Below, one piece after another: positions 13,488 to 26,061 of a stretch of DNA of 64,000 bases (positions are counted from its first letter, which is position 1; each line of letters begins with the position of its first letter). The position numbers and the translations under genes were made by a program. Below the pieces are notes generated by a model, which saw only the letters and a list, made by a program, of their open reading frames with translations, was not told where the DNA came from and did not search any database. Where the stretch lies: positions 28,077,733 to 28,141,732 of the forward strand of contig CM102154.1 of the NCBI GenBank assembly GCA_046562895.1. The letters run 5' to 3'. Source of the stretch: Trichechus inunguis (Eukaryota).

Positions 13488-13634
13488 CTTGCTCTCAAGG
13501 AGGCTGGTTAATCTATCCAGGAATTCCAGGAGCTGTTGCTCTCGTTGCAGGGGCTCAGGCCAGGCAGGGTCCAGTGCTGCAGCCCGAGAGAAGCCCTCCA
13601 GGGCCTCTCTGTAACTCTCTTCATATTTATGCAA
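13488..13634 (-). CDS. TTC5: TTC5 coding exon (49 codons): [49 protein letters not shown]
   Basis: Acceptor ttcttgtgcag|TTGCAT, donor AGCAAG|gtaaag. Contains the TTC5 TPR region motifs. Confidence 0.8.
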
Positions 13635-14126
13635 CTGCACAAGAAGTAACCCAAAACCTCCCAATTACAAGTGTATTTAATACAAACTATGCAGGGGGAG
13701 GAAAGGCATAGGGGCTAGGAATTTAGAGAAATAAACTGCTTCCCTTCCCAGTCCTACCATGAACAGCCTGGAGAGCTGGTAACACCTTACAACCTTCCTT
13801 CCTGGCCAAGGTGATCACAACCCCAAAGCTGGAATCATTTCAAAGAAGCTATCCTCCAAGCTCTAAAATAATTAAATTGCATATACTGGGTCATTTTATA
13901 CCTATAATTAACATTTCAGAGAAGTCTTCTAAACTATTTCCCCATCCTCTATGTACCATCCCACCTCCTCAGTCCGTTCCGCCTCCAGTAACTCCACCAG
14001 ATACTGAAGCCGAAGTGAGCTAACTCTTCCTAGAAATAATCTGGCTTTCTGCTAGAAATCTGTACCCAACCTTGTCTCTATATGTACTCAGTTATCCTCA
14101 GAGGACCACTACCTCACAGGTCTTAC

Positions 14127-14183
14127 CGTCGCCCTGTTCAGATGAAGGTCAGGATTGCTGGAAGCTGTCCTGTCGACCTTCTC
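14127..14183 (-). CDS. TTC5: TTC5 micro-exon (19 codons): EKVDRTASSNPDLHLNRAT
   Basis: Found by searching for the residues expected between the flanking exons. Acceptor ctgtag|GAGAAG, donor GCGACG|gtaaga. It is in phase with the neighbouring exons. Confidence 0.7.
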
Positions 14184-15089
14184 CTACAGTGGGATAAAAA
14201 GATCATCAGTGGATCCTGTCTCAGTCTTAAGGAGGGCCATGCTCAACCGTTCCTAGACCTCTTCTCTCTAAAAAAAAATGCTAAGTCTCTTGTCAAAATG
14301 CTACCCATACCCACACTGTTACATACCAACTGCTTGTGTGGTATATAGTTACCAACAAGTATAACACAAAACATCATCCAAAAAGGATTACTCAGTCCCT
14401 GAAACCTCAGCAATGTATGGGGTTTTGTGTGTGTGTGTGCATGGAACTTTAAAATATGATTATAATTTATCCATACGATATTAGAAAGATAGAAAAGAAG
14501 TATGAGAAAGCATTCTGCTTTTTTTTCTTTTTTAAATAGTGAGATGCTGATATAATGAGGAAAGCCTCTGACAGAAATGATGTTAACTTAATGCATTTCG
14601 TTTGCCCATGAGTTTGACTCCAGGCACATGCAGAATGTTTCTATATCCAAGCTCCTTAAAACACACACTGGAAGTGTCAAATTCTGATTCTCTAATTTTA
14701 ACAGCTGGTCAAAAATCATAGGACAGGGCAGACAAACGTGCTCTCAAGAAACTGCTGGCTATCTTCATTCTATTTTTTTAATTCTATTCATTGCCTGGCA
14801 CATTGCCAAAGCATAAACAACATGAATTAAAACTGTTTACAATGGTTGGTTCACATATATTTTAAACTGCAGGTATGGGTGAAGAATTTAAAACAACCAT
14901 TTAAGAGAAGTCAAATATAAAATCATAAAGGAGTACATCATATTATTGGAAATGTAAACATTCATCAGATTAAGAAATAAGAGCAAAATATAATTTCTCT
15001 GCCTAAGTTTCTTAACTGAAAAAAGGGCAGTCCCTGAACTGCACACATGAATATGGGGTAACTGTATTCTTTCTTATGCCATACAGAGC

Positions 15090-15480
15090 AAAAAAGTAAT
15101 GCCAATAAAGAGAAACGAAGTCTTGATACATGCTACAACATGGATGAACTTGAAAACACCATGCTGAGTAAAATCAGTCAGTCAAAAAGGACTAATATTG
15201 TATGATCCACTTATATGAAATATCTGGAATAGGCAAGTGTATACAGACCTGTTTATTAGTGGTTACCAGGGGCAGGCAGGAAGGAGGGGAGAAAGGGAGA
15301 ATCATTGCTTAGAGGACACTGAGCTTCTAATAAGGGTGATGGAAAAATTTGAAACAGATAACAGTGATGAATGCACAACATCATGAACACAATTAATGTC
15401 ACTGAATTATACATGTGAGGAATGTTGAAATGGCAAATGTTTTGTTACACATATATTTACTACAAAAAAAAACCAGAATG
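15090..15480 (+). mobile_element. Older eutherian-type L1 3' end in a TTC5 intron: ORF2 C-terminus ..MDELENTMLSKISQSKRTNIV*, then 3'UTR and poly(A)
   Basis: Conserved L1 ORF2 terminal motif, and a 3'UTR '..aattaatgtcactgaattatacatgtg..tgttacacatatatttactacaaaaaaaaaa' like L1M/L1P 3' ends. Confidence 0.6.
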
Positions 15481-16587
15481 CTGGATTTTACAGATAAGGT
15501 AGTAGGTCTTATAATTGTGAGGTTTTTTTTATTATTGTAAAACTGAGGTTTTCTAATAAATTGTAAAATGCCTCTGGGGAGATATAACGGCAAGTTAAGA
15601 AGCAATTCCCTATGTCAAGAGAAGAAAGCAAAAGAAAAGTTAAATATGAGGGTTAAATAAAAGGTGCTCAGAAGGCCAATGTGAATCTCCAAATAACCAG
15701 TAACTGAGCAGACAAAGCCTGAAGAGCCCATGCATTTGGCTATCAATACAGCATGGCCTAAAAGCAAAGCATGAGCTCCAGTGAATTAATTCCTAGGAAA
15801 TGATGCAGAAGGGCCTACATGCTATTACCTGTTTGAGTCTAAGGGAAATCCAGAGCCAGAATATCTAACAGTTAATTTGGGAATAGCCCTTAATTTGCAC
15901 GGCCAATGTGCCTCAAGTGCAGCCACTACTCATTGGTCAGTGGAGACTTGCATGTTGCTATAATGCTGAACATGTTTCAGCAGAGCTTCCACACTAAGAC
16001 AGACTAGAAAGAGAGGCCTGGCAATAGACCATATATTTATGCAAATAATGCATGTCTTCTACGTTCATTTGCCAGCTGCACCCTCCCCCTACCTTTCCCC
16101 GATATTTTCGTAAACATGCTATGCTAATTTTTTTTCACAGCAACATGTTAAAAATAATTGGGATAGCAGCGCTTATGAAAATACCTCCCGGGGTGAGGGC
16201 GCAGTTGTCAAAAAAACGCAGAAGGTATGCATTATTTGTGTAAAAATACAGTACTTCCAAAAAAAATCAGCCAATATAAAATGCTATGAGTCACAATGGT
16301 CCAATTCTCCACCAACCATGGGGATGGTGCAGGACCGGGCAGCGTTTTATTCCACTGGGCATGGGGTCACCAAGAGTCAGGGGCCAACTGGACGGCAGCT
16401 AAAAACAGCAACAACTGGAGTTTTCCTTTTTATTTAAAAATGTACACCAACAGGAATAAATATTTTAAAAAATTTTTTGCCCATTAAAAACAATGCACTT
16501 GCTGAAGTGAGTTCTGTGGTTTGGTTAGGCATGACTTTGAGAAATCTAGACTGCTCACGGAGCTATCTAGCATTGAGACCAAAAAAA

Positions 16588-16742
16588 ACCAAACCCATTC
16601 CCATCGAGTCAATTCCGACTCACAGCGACCCTATATGTCAGAGTAGAACTGCCCCATATGGTTTCCCAAAAACGGCTGGTGGATTCAAATGGCTGTCCTC
16701 TTTTAGCAGCTGAGCTCTTAACCACTGCACCACCAGGGCTCC
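16588..16742 (-). mobile_element. AfroSINE copy (tRNA-derived afrotherian SINE) in a TTC5 intron. A further tail fragment lies at about 16330-16420 (+)
   Basis: Reverse complement of 'ggagccctggtggtgcagtggttaagagctcagctgctaa..ggattcgaaccaccagc..gggaaaccatatggggcagttctactctgacatatagggtcgctgtgagtcggaattgactcgatggg'. Confidence 0.85.
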
Positions 16743-16955
16743 AGCACTGAGACACGACACTGCGGATGGTTGCTAATACTCAAGCTGTAAGGAAAAATAA
16801 GTTGCCTCTGCAGACACAGCTCAGCAAACCCACATGTTAGATGCCAGCAAACACTGCCCAGGCTTCTGGCTAAAGGGCCACAAAGAAGACAGAATGACGC
16901 TCTTGCTTCTGTTGTTGCCTCTATTCATCTGGCCTGGGTGACCGCAAGTACTTAC

Positions 16956-17047
16956 TGCTTGGGCATAAGCACTGAGGGCTTGCTGGGAGATCTTAGGGCT
17001 CTGGCCAGTATTGAAGTAAAGAGAAAGGTATGCATTCCCCAGGATAT
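16956..17047 (-). CDS. TTC5: TTC5 coding exon: (Y)[30 protein letters not shown]
   Basis: Acceptor ctttcag|ATATCC; donor CAAGCA|gtaagtact, a consensus donor. Confidence 0.8.
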
Positions 17048-17446
17048 CTGAAAGAGAAATACAGAGATGGGTCACCTCAGAGCCCAAGTTCAAGATATGA
17101 CCTGTTTTGGTCATCCTCAAAAGTCTACTTGAAAGATGGCACATCTGACACAAACCAGTGATAACACCACATTTAGTATACCAAAATTCTACTGAGATAG
17201 ACAAACACAAACGCTATGAAGAAACCTTGAACAGACCGTACAAATCTCTGCCTTCCTTATATGGAAACATAAGCCTCCTAGAACAGTGGTTCATCAAAGT
17301 ACCTTTGGAGCTTCTTCAAAACAAACATGCCCTGGCTTCACCCTCAGAGTCAGAATCAATAGGTGGGGTCCAGATGATTCTGGTGTGCAGCCATGGTTGA
17401 GAACCACTGCTCTAGAAACGTCTGGAGATCTTTTGAGAGCACTCAC

Positions 17447-17597
17447 ACCAGGAGCGGCCATCATGGACATCCATCTGCACAGCCAACTTGGCCTGTCGGA
17501 CACTATCCATGACATAGCGAGAATGTTCATCTCCAGTGTCAGTCCGCAGCTGGCGAAGCACCATTGACAGGTTTTGCAGGGAGACTTTGTTCTTGCA
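17447..17597 (-). CDS. TTC5: TTC5 coding exon: [50 protein letters not shown](Y)
   Basis: Acceptor ttctcag|TGCAAG; donor TCCTGGT|gtgagt. Confidence 0.8.
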
Positions 17598-18021
17598 CTG
17601 AGAATGGAGAAGATGTTTACTCAACATTCCTTGCACTGTGAATGGAGATGTTTACTCAACATTGCTAATTATACCTCCTCTTTCCAGATCTATTCTGACC
17701 TCAATCCTCTTCTAAATCTAATTCTTTAATTCTTGCTGCCATCTGAATCTTAGACCCCCATCTACAAGGACCAGCTTGGTTGTTAACTTTTCTTCACTTC
17801 CCATCTACCCTGAACCTGATCCCATTACCTTCTTCTTTTCTCAGTTCCCTGTCCTGACCTTCTTCATCCGGGTCTGCTCCCCGACTCTTCCTCTCTTCTG
17901 ATTCTGTTCTCCTGGTTCTAACTCAGCTCTGTGCTAGTATTCATACCCTAGGGCAATTCACAGACCAGAGGAATCCCATCCTTTCTACACGCGTTTTCTG
18001 AGGGGACAGCGGGCAGCTCAC

Positions 18022-18233
18022 ATGGGTGAGGGCTCCTGAGAAGCAGGTATGGGCAGCTGCAACATCCCCTTTCTTCCAGTACACCTCACCCAGCTGGTTC
18101 CAGGCTTCCACCAGCTCAGGTTCCAGCTTTACAGCCTTTGACAGAAGCTCCTCAGCCCTAAGGCTATAGTCAGGAGTCACATTCAGTGCCTTCCCAGTGA
18201 GCATCAGAACCCGGGCCTTGCCCTGGACAGAAC
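18022..18233 (-). CDS. TTC5: TTC5 coding exon: (G)[70 protein letters not shown]
   Basis: Acceptor ctcgtag|GTTCTG (phase 1); donor ACCCAT|gtgagc. TPR-repeat signature (WxxLGxxYxxxGxxxxAxxxF). Confidence 0.85.
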
Positions 18234-18464
18234 CTACGAGGAAGGGAAAAAGAGAAAGGAAAGTTGAAAAAACCAGTCAGTCTTTCAGATAAGACTAGAG
18301 CACTATCTCTCAAGGAGTAACTCCATGCCATCTCTAGGAATAAAAGAGTTGAAGAAAATCTTTATATACAAACCATTTATTGAAAGCCAACCATATGCAG
18401 AGTACTATGCTGGGTAATGGGGTAACAAAGAAAGCACCACCCCTACCCTTGAGGGGTTTACAAT

Positions 18465-18605
18465 CTGGTGGAAAGGCCAAAGATGTGGCAGTCTGCTTCC
18501 GTAAAGATTTACAGCTTTGGAAACCCTATGGGGCAGCTCTACTCTGTCCTATAGGGTCACTATGAGTTGGAATCGACTCCACAGCAGTGGGTTTGGTTTG
18601 GGGTT
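18465..18605 (+). mobile_element. AfroSINE, 5'-truncated. Another complete copy lies at 19518-19745 (+)
   Basis: '..gcagtctgcttccgtaaagatttacagctttggaaaccctatggggcagctctactctgtcctatagggtcactatgagttggaatcgactccacagcagtgggtttggtttgg'. Confidence 0.85.
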
Positions 18606-19278
18606 TATCTCACCTAGTAAAGTAAAACAACAATGGAAAGGAGCATATTATGTATGCCCAATGAGTTGGTTTTAAAAAGTCAAGAGGAGAGAAGACAAGG
18701 CCCTCCAGGTTAGAAAACGATGTAAACAAAGATGCAGAGGCAGAAATACACGTGACCTGTTTATGGGAGAATGGAAGGACCAACCCGGAAGAAATGAAAG
18801 ATTACTCTGTAAGTAGGTAGTCAGAGATGAGGTTAGAAAAAAGAGTGAGATGAGGGAGACCTGAATACCATATTAAGTGGCTTAGACTTCTGCTAGTCAA
18901 TAGCACAAATCTCTGAAGACGATAAGATTAAATGAATGAAGTAATGTTTAGAAAGGTAACCGTGGCCATGGTATTTATATAAGGTGCTTTGGAAATGAAA
19001 GAAATCAGAGGCAGAAAACTCAGTCATGAACATTACTGCAATAGTTCAGGCAACAAGTATGTTCTCTTATTCCATAGTATTTGCTATAATTTTAGGAAAA
19101 GTAGTTTAGAGAACTGAGAGGTCACCACCCTACGCAGGGGCCCTTAGAAGAAGTATTCTGTTATACTATCCTATAGCCGTCACAGATAGGATCCCAAAGA
19201 GACTACAGACAGAGAGCAAATCTCTATAACATTCAGGTGAAGAGCAGGAAGGGGGTTGTGCTCTTTTGGAACTCATAC

Positions 19279-19411
19279 CTGCTACTTCCTCCATCAGTCG
19301 CAGAGTCTTCTCCATCTCCTCCCGTACATCCTGTTGCTTCCTCCCAGCATCCTCAACACTATGTGTCTCGAAATAGCAGTCTCGAAATGAATAGAGCTGA
19401 TCCACCAGTTC
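19279..19411 (-). CDS. TTC5: TTC5 coding exon 2: [44 protein letters not shown](G)
   Basis: Acceptor ttctag|GAACTG; donor GTAGCAG|gtatga, phase 1. Confidence 0.8.
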
Positions 19412-21659
19412 CTAGAAGTGTAAGGATGGTACCATTAGGCAGAAAGAACACCAGACAAGGAAGTTTGAGACAGGCTAGCCTCACCAGCCCTTGGCCTAGA
19501 AATACTGAATCCCTGTCTCACCTACAGGATCCCTAGAGGCACAGTGGTTAAAGAGCTTGGCTGCTAACCAAAAGGTTGGCAGTTCAAACCCAACAGCCAT
19601 TCCACGGCAGAAAGATGTGGCAATCTGCTTCTGTAAAGATTTACAGCCTTGGAAATCCTATGGGGCAGTTCTACTCTGTCCTATAGGGCCGCTATGAGTC
19701 AGAATCAACTCAACAGCAGCAGGTTTGGTTTTGGGTTTATCTCACCTAGGAATGGCACAATAGGCAGGTGGTCAGGCCTATCAAAATGCCACAGATCATG
19801 CGTGGAAGTAGCCAGAGCCCCAGGCCCGCTCTCAGGTTGTCCCATTTTTGTAGTCTCTGCACCATGATGACAGTTCTCTCTTCCCCAGCCCCAGCCGGGC
19901 TTCCAATGTGACTAAGCACTTCACCTACCACAGTCAGGAGCAGGAGAAAACACTGTACAACATGAGATAAACCAAAAATTAACAAGCTCATCCTATCTGG
20001 TTCTGATCCCCAAAGAATAAAACTTTGAACTTTACCCTTAAACATGGACTTCCTAACAAAAATTTTATTCCTGATTTTTCCTATGCTGATGACAGGACTT
20101 TTGCAAATATAATAAACGTGAGAAAAGCAATGTTTTCCGCCATGAACAGACCAATTTGCTGTAACCTTAGCATTTTTGCAGGTTTTTTAAAAAACATTTG
20201 TGCTTTTGTTGTTGTTTTGTTTTGTTCAATTTGGCAAGTCATCTTCTGGCCCTCTTGCAGTCTTTGCAAGTAAGCATTCTCTTTCCTCTTTTTAATGCTT
20301 TATCACTGAGTCTTCCTGTGCCACCAGTCAAAGCTTTTCCGAAAACTGAACAGTAGAAGAAACTCATAATACAATCCCAGCAAATCTTATCACCTACCTC
20401 CACAACACACCCTAAATCCATCCACTTGTCTCCTTCCTGCTAGACCACCCTAGTCTAAGTCAGCATCATTAATTGCCTAGACTATTCCAGTAGCTTCCTA
20501 ACTGGGCATCTTGCTTCTACTCTCTCCCATTCTCACTGTAGTCAGTGTCCTTATAAACGCGTGCATCACCTCACAAACCCTCCAATAGTTTCCCACTGCA
20601 GTTAGAATAAAATCCAACTCCTTACCATGGCCTAGAAGGTCCTGTATGATCTGACCTTCCACTACCCCACCTTGCCACAAACTTCACTTCTTATCAAACT
20701 CTCCTTCCTGCAACACTTCAGCCACCCTGCCCTTCGTTCAGTTCCTCAAATCCACCAAGCGCCATTCCAACTTAGCATCTTTACACGTGCTTTGCCGTCT
20801 ACCTGGAACACTCTCCCCACACCTGTGCATGGCTCATTCCTCACCATTATTTAGATCTCGGCTCAAATATCAACTTCTCGGAGAGGCTTTCCCTAACTAC
20901 CCAATCAAAAGTAACTCTTTCTCCTCTCTTCCATGGTTAAATTATGCTCTTCATGACACTTTACTTATCAATCGAAACTATATGAACTATTCATTTAATT
21001 GTCTATTGTCTGTCTCTACCACTAAAGGTAAGCTCTGTGATGGAAGGGACCTTGTCTGTTTTGTTTACAACTATATCCAAGCACTAGAACAGGGATTGGG
21101 ACATGATAGGCGCTCATTAAACATACTAGTTGAATGAATTCACTAATGAATCCTCCCTGCCTCTAACAAATATGCTATGCTTAGTGTAAAAGGCTACGCC
21201 AAATAAACTGAGTGGACTATCACCCTCTGCAGTAGTGTTTTTCAAATTTTATTGTGTGGGGTATTTCCAGGCCCCAGCCTACAGAGATTCTGATTTTAGT
21301 AGATTTAGCAAAACTCCAAATTCTGCATTTTTAACAAGCACCCTGGATGACTATAATGAAAATAGTCCGTAAAACACTTTGAGAAATATCCTTCTATACA
21401 TCCCTTCTATCCTAAAATGTCTGTAACCATTAAATCAAAGCTTACCACCATTCCCATGTATAGTAATATCACTACCCAATCCTTTTCATCTCCTCTACCC
21501 CATTCTCTTATTCAATTCTGGCACCTACAATACCCCAAGTATCCTCTACCAAGCTGCTTAGGGCATCTACCACAAAGGTGTCTGGGAAGGGACAGTCCTC
21601 AGCAAAAATTACAACTCATCTCCTTTTGTCCTAAAATCAGCATAGCTGCAAATTGGAAG

Positions 21660-21760
21660 TTTTAAAGAGGGTTTTATTGTTTGTTTATTTGTTTGTGTTT
21701 TTTTAATTGTTAAAGCAAGCATGCAAAGAAATTATTTGGTTTTGTTTTTGTTTTGTTTTG
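21660..21760. repeat. (GTTT)n-type low-complexity / simple repeat. Another microsatellite, (TG)n, lies at 43003-43045
   Basis: 'gtttgtttatttgtttgtgttttt..ttttgtttttgttttgttttgttttg'. At 43003: 'gagtgtgtgtgtgtgtatgtgtgtgtgtgtgtgtatg'. Confidence 0.8.
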
Positions 21761-22903
21761 TTTTGCTGGAGTGAATATTTTTTAAAACTTTTTCTCATGG
21801 CAAAATCAATACATATAAGTAGTTAAAAATCAAATAGATATATGTAAAAAACAGAGAACACAAAATTCCTCATAATCATCCCAAACAACCTCAGAGAAAA
21901 CCACTGTTCAGTATTTCTTTTCAGATTTTTTCTATACATATTCAAACATATACACAATGTTTCTTATGTGCAGCCAGGGTTGAGAACCTCTGATTTCACC
22001 CAGTACACACTGGTAAATATAATGAAGTTAATCTAAATCACTTGGAAGTGAAATAAAGCCTACACTCTAAAAAGTGTTATTAATCTGTTCAAAAAACAAA
22101 GAAATTTCACCAGTGTTTAAACTTTTGCCTTAGAAGCTTTTAAGCAAGTTACAAGCCTGCCATAGGTCTAATGCTTAAATTCCAAGCTGTGTTAATACAC
22201 AAAGGACTGAGTTTCTGAGGTCTAAAACGAAAACCGTGGATCATTAAAAGAAAGGTAAGAGTCCAGCAACTAGTTAACTCCTATTTACCAAGCATAAAAA
22301 ACAAGTCCTAGTCTCAACCACAATCACATATGGACGGGGTAGACTCTGGACCCCTCTGCATCAACTCTCCAACTGGGGTTACCCCTAACTGGGATTAGAG
22401 TGTGCAAAATGATAAAAACTGTGAAGTCCCAAAGAGAGTACCAGCATACATGCAGTGCAGGCCATTACTATGATTGATGCCAATGTCAAAGCAGAGAAGT
22501 GTTAAATGGACTTTGTGGGGGTCAAAACTGCATGAGATAATACACCTCATATAGTCCAGCCATACACTTATGTACGCCATCTGTTAAGGATGAATCGAGA
22601 AAAAACCTTCCTAAGAATGTACAGGAATAAAGTTAGATGCAACAAATCGTCTTCCACACAGGACTGAAATTAAGTGCACTCAGGTCAGCAGCAGGAGGTC
22701 CCAATACATGGGCTGCGCCCCTCCCCTGGCCTGAGAGGCTCCCCTCGCTGCTTCGGCTGCACCCTCAGGAGTTGTTACAGTAACCCCAGAGACATAGGCA
22801 GCGCCGTGTATGTGCCAAGGAATTCGGCGGCACTACATAAACTGAGTCCTTTGCTTCTCCCCGAGTAATAAAAGCACGTATAGATTTTAATCTATGGCCC
22901 CAC

Positions 22904-22954
22904 CTGCAATTTCTGCAAGATCTGCTTGACTTCTTCCTCTTCATCAGCCATCAT
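22904..22954 (-). CDS. TTC5: TTC5 first coding exon: MMADEEEEVKQILQKLQ (ATG at 22954), donor TTGCAG|gtgggg. The 5'UTR and promoter lie immediately upstream at about 22955-23100
   Basis: Matches the TTC5 N-terminus. The long in-frame extension of ORF 22892-23089 upstream of MMADEEEE has no homology support and is taken to be 5'UTR. Confidence 0.75.
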
Positions 22955-23747
22955 CTCCCAGCCAGTCTCGGCTTCTCTGCCCCCAACTTCGTAACCACAG
23001 AGACGCATACTCACCCACCTCGTGGAGCCGCAGCGACATCTAGGGGTCTGGAGGTTTACCTGGAGTTGAGCATAAGAGCTGGTTTTCAAGAAGGGACATT
23101 ACTCCCAACCAACTTAACCGAATGCCTATAGCTCAAAAAAAATGCTCTCTATATATTACTTTTGAGTTAATAAATGTGTTTCTTTCCCAAATCCTGGAAA
23201 CAAAATGTTATCAGCTTAATTACATGTATGCTTTTGTTTCATAGTGTCCTACTTATTTATAATCAGATTATAATACCTAAAGAATTTAGAAACAGGTTAA
23301 GACAGTGGATGCCTGTGGTATGAGTTTGAAATTTTGAATGGAATGTGTTACACTGGTATACTATAGGTCTGATTTTTTTCCAAATTTCAGTGACTTTCTA
23401 TGTATGAGGAATTTTATAATTTTAAACATACCATCCTAATAAATATACACTTTGGACGCTATTTTAAAAGCCATCATGCTGTACATTAATAATGCTTGTT
23501 TATTCATACGTATCTAGAAGGATACATCAGAAACAATGATTTTCTGTGTAGAGGGAAACAGAGAGCAGAGAATTCTTTTCACTGGATACTCCTTTGTTAC
23601 CTTTTTAATTTTTTACCATGTACGTGTATTCAAAACTAAACTCACTGCTGTCGAGTCGATTCTGACTCATAGCAACCCTACAGGACGGAGTAGAACTGCC
23701 CTTATTCCAAACATAAGCACAATTTTTAAATATGAAAATATTTGTTT

Positions 23748-23890
23748 CTGCCCTGGTGGCGCAGGCTGCTAACCAAAAGGTCAGCAGTTCGAATCCACCA
23801 GCTACTCCTTGGAATCCCTATGGGGTAGTTCTATTCTGCCCTACAGGGTCGCTATGAGTCAGAATCAACTCAACAGCAACAGGTAACATA
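23748..23890 (+). mobile_element. AfroSINE copy in the TTC5-CCNB1IP1 intergenic region. An adjacent inverted fragment lies at 23639-23710 (-)
   Basis: 'gccctggtggcgcaggctgctaaccaaaaggtcagcagttcgaatccaccagc..ccctatggggtagttctattctgccctacagggtcgctatgagtcagaatcaactcaacagcaacagg'. Confidence 0.85.
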
Positions 23891-24450
23891 TTGTCTTGGA
23901 TTGAATTGTGTCCCCCCAGAATGTGTCGACTTGATTAGGCCATGATTCCCAATATTGTGTGGTTGTCCTCCATTTTGTGATTGATATAATTTTCCTATAT
24001 GTTGTAAATCCTAATCTCTGCCTGTGGTTAATAAAGCACGACGGGATTATGTTGAAGAGCATTAGGGTGGGATGTTAACACCCTTGCTCACGTCACATCC
24101 CTGATCCAATGTAAAGGGAGTTTCCCTGGGGTGTGGCCTGCACCACCTTTTATCTTATAAGAGATAAAAGGAAAGGGAAGCAAGCAGAGAAGGGGGACCT
24201 CATACTACCAAGAAAGCAGTTCCGGGAGCAGAGTGTGTCCTTTGGACCTGAGATTCCTGCATAGAGAACCTCCTAGACCAAGGGAAGATTGATAACAAGG
24301 ACCTTCCTCTAGAACTGACAGAGAGAAAGCCTTCAGCTGGAGCTGGCACCCTGAATTCAGACTTCTAGCCTACTAGACTGTGAGAGAATAAACTTCTCTT
24401 TGTTGAAGCCATCCACTTGTAGTATTTCTGTTACAGCAGCACTTGATAAC
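23880..24450 (+). repeat. Interspersed repeat of uncertain class, possibly a DNA-transposon or LTR internal type
   Basis: Contains a stereotyped text block shared by many mammalian repeat consensus sequences: '..gaattgtgtcccccc agaatgt..ttaggccatg..taatctctgcctgtggttaataaag..attagggtggg..ccttttatcttataagagataaaagg..agactgtgagagaataaacttctctttgttgaagccatccacttgtagtatttctgttacagcag'. It is unassigned. Confidence 0.4.
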
Positions 24451-26061
24451 TAAGACACATAGTATCTCTGGAAAGAGACACAATAAGCTGGCAATAGTAT
24501 TTGCTTCCAGAGAGGTGAGTGGCTGTGGGGACATAGGTAGGAAGGAGATTTTTCACTGTATACCTTTTTTGCACCATTTGAATTTGTAATGTGAATTATT
24601 AAAGTATTCAATAAATACTTTTTTAAAAGTAGCAGGTAATATTCCTGACAGAGTTTCTCTTTACTATTTTTTAATTGTAGCTAGTATGTGCTTCAAACTG
24701 ACTTATGTGGACCTAATAAAGGAAGAAAAGGTTGAAGGTAGAAATCATGAATTTATGTAAAATAATTTCCTCAGATCAGTTTCTAACAAAATTTCAAACT
24801 CCACAGGGAAGGAAAATACTAATATGTAAAATGTACAAAATCTGTCTGATTAGCTATAAAATAGGGAGGAATGTTTTTAAAACTTTTGAGTTAAGCCAAG
24901 ATTTTTCCCTGACATTATTTAACCCTGGGGTACAGTAAAAAAAAAAAAAATTTAAGAAAATTTTATACTCTGTACTCAGAAAGAAATATATATACTTGCT
25001 TGCTCTTCAATTATCTAAAGCAGGGATATTCACTTGCCTTTCTACAGTGACTAATGATAAAATATCCTCAAATAATTTTGGTATGATTTTATTACCTAAA
25101 GAAACAATGAGACTGGCATTTAAGGTAATTTCATTGTAATTCCCTCCCATACCAATAAGAATCAATTGAAGAATTTAAGATTTAGAAAAGACCATAAGGG
25201 TAATCTAATTCAACCTCTCATTTCAGAGATATAGAAACTAAAGCCCTGAAAGTTTAAATCCAAACTCACATAACCAATATATGGAAAAACCATAAATAGA
25301 ACCCAGATATTCTGCCTCCCCACCCAGTGCGCTTTCAAATCTTGCTTCTAGTGGGACATAAAATTCACTAAGAGTACCCTTCAAATTTCTTTCTTGGCTC
25401 TACATTTTGAATATGTTATCTGTGATAGCAGTCAGAAATGCTTACTATTTAATAAAGTAAAACAAGGAACAAATCTTTAAAAATTATTTTAATTAGTACA
25501 GTATCTTGAGATCAATCACATATTAGTAAATTTTCCGCTGTAGAAGTGTATTCCTAAATAACTAAACACAATGTTACAGCTGACAAAAAGGTAAAGAAGT
25601 AATTTTATTTTAAATGCCAAAAAATCAACTCTGCAAAATAATAACTTTATCCATCTGAATTATTTTTAAATAGAAATAGAGACTGGACATATATGCATCA
25701 AACTATACTCATATGAGCATACTTTCAAACAAGTTAATACAAGGGCAAATACATAAACATATACAAATAAATGAAATCAAAAATACACAAATAACAAGCA
25801 GACTGCTTGTGAAAACTCAATAGTTCACAATGAAATTGAGATGATCAAAACCATACTCATACTGTAAATAATAAAAAACGACAAAAGAAACCAGACTCTA
25901 AAGCCACTCCGCACTACCAATGAGTTTCTCGTAAGCTGAAAAGGTGAAGACAATTTCAAAGACTTACTAGCACAGGGAAGTTGGCAACTTCGGTCTAGAA
26001 TAAAGATTATTTGCTAAATGAAATCACCAAACATGAACATAGAAACATTCTGTAAAGTGAG

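Noticed and set aside
18560-19750. Shared '..cagcag[tc][ga]ggtttggttt(t)ggggtttatctcacctag' extension after two AfroSINEs (18590-18620 and 19725-19750), which suggested a local duplication
   Set aside because: The same GGTTT-rich tail (reverse complement 'ccaaaccca.tgcc') is found on almost every AfroSINE copy in the window (16585, 30038, 34630, 53340, 54250, 54740). It is simply the family's 3' tail, not a duplication.
22680-22880. Possible LTR/ERV fragment next to TTC5 exon 1 ('..ctgagtcctttgcttctccccgagtaataaaagcacg..')
   Set aside because: It has only a vague R/U5-like AATAAA context. I cannot identify TG...CA termini, a TSD or a PBS, so I do not call it.
22892-23089. N-terminally extended TTC5 ORF (MKTSSYAQLQVNLQTPRCRCG...GWEMMADEEEE)
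   Set aside because: Homology with TTC5 begins at MMADEEEE. The upstream in-frame stretch has no similarity and lies in the presumed 5'UTR. I annotate the ATG at 22954.
25440-26061. Attempt to place the CCNB1IP1 polyadenylation signal
   Set aside because: Several weak candidates (TTTATT on the plus strand at about 25604, others further down), but none is a compelling AATAAA at a conserved distance. The 3'UTR end is left unannotated.
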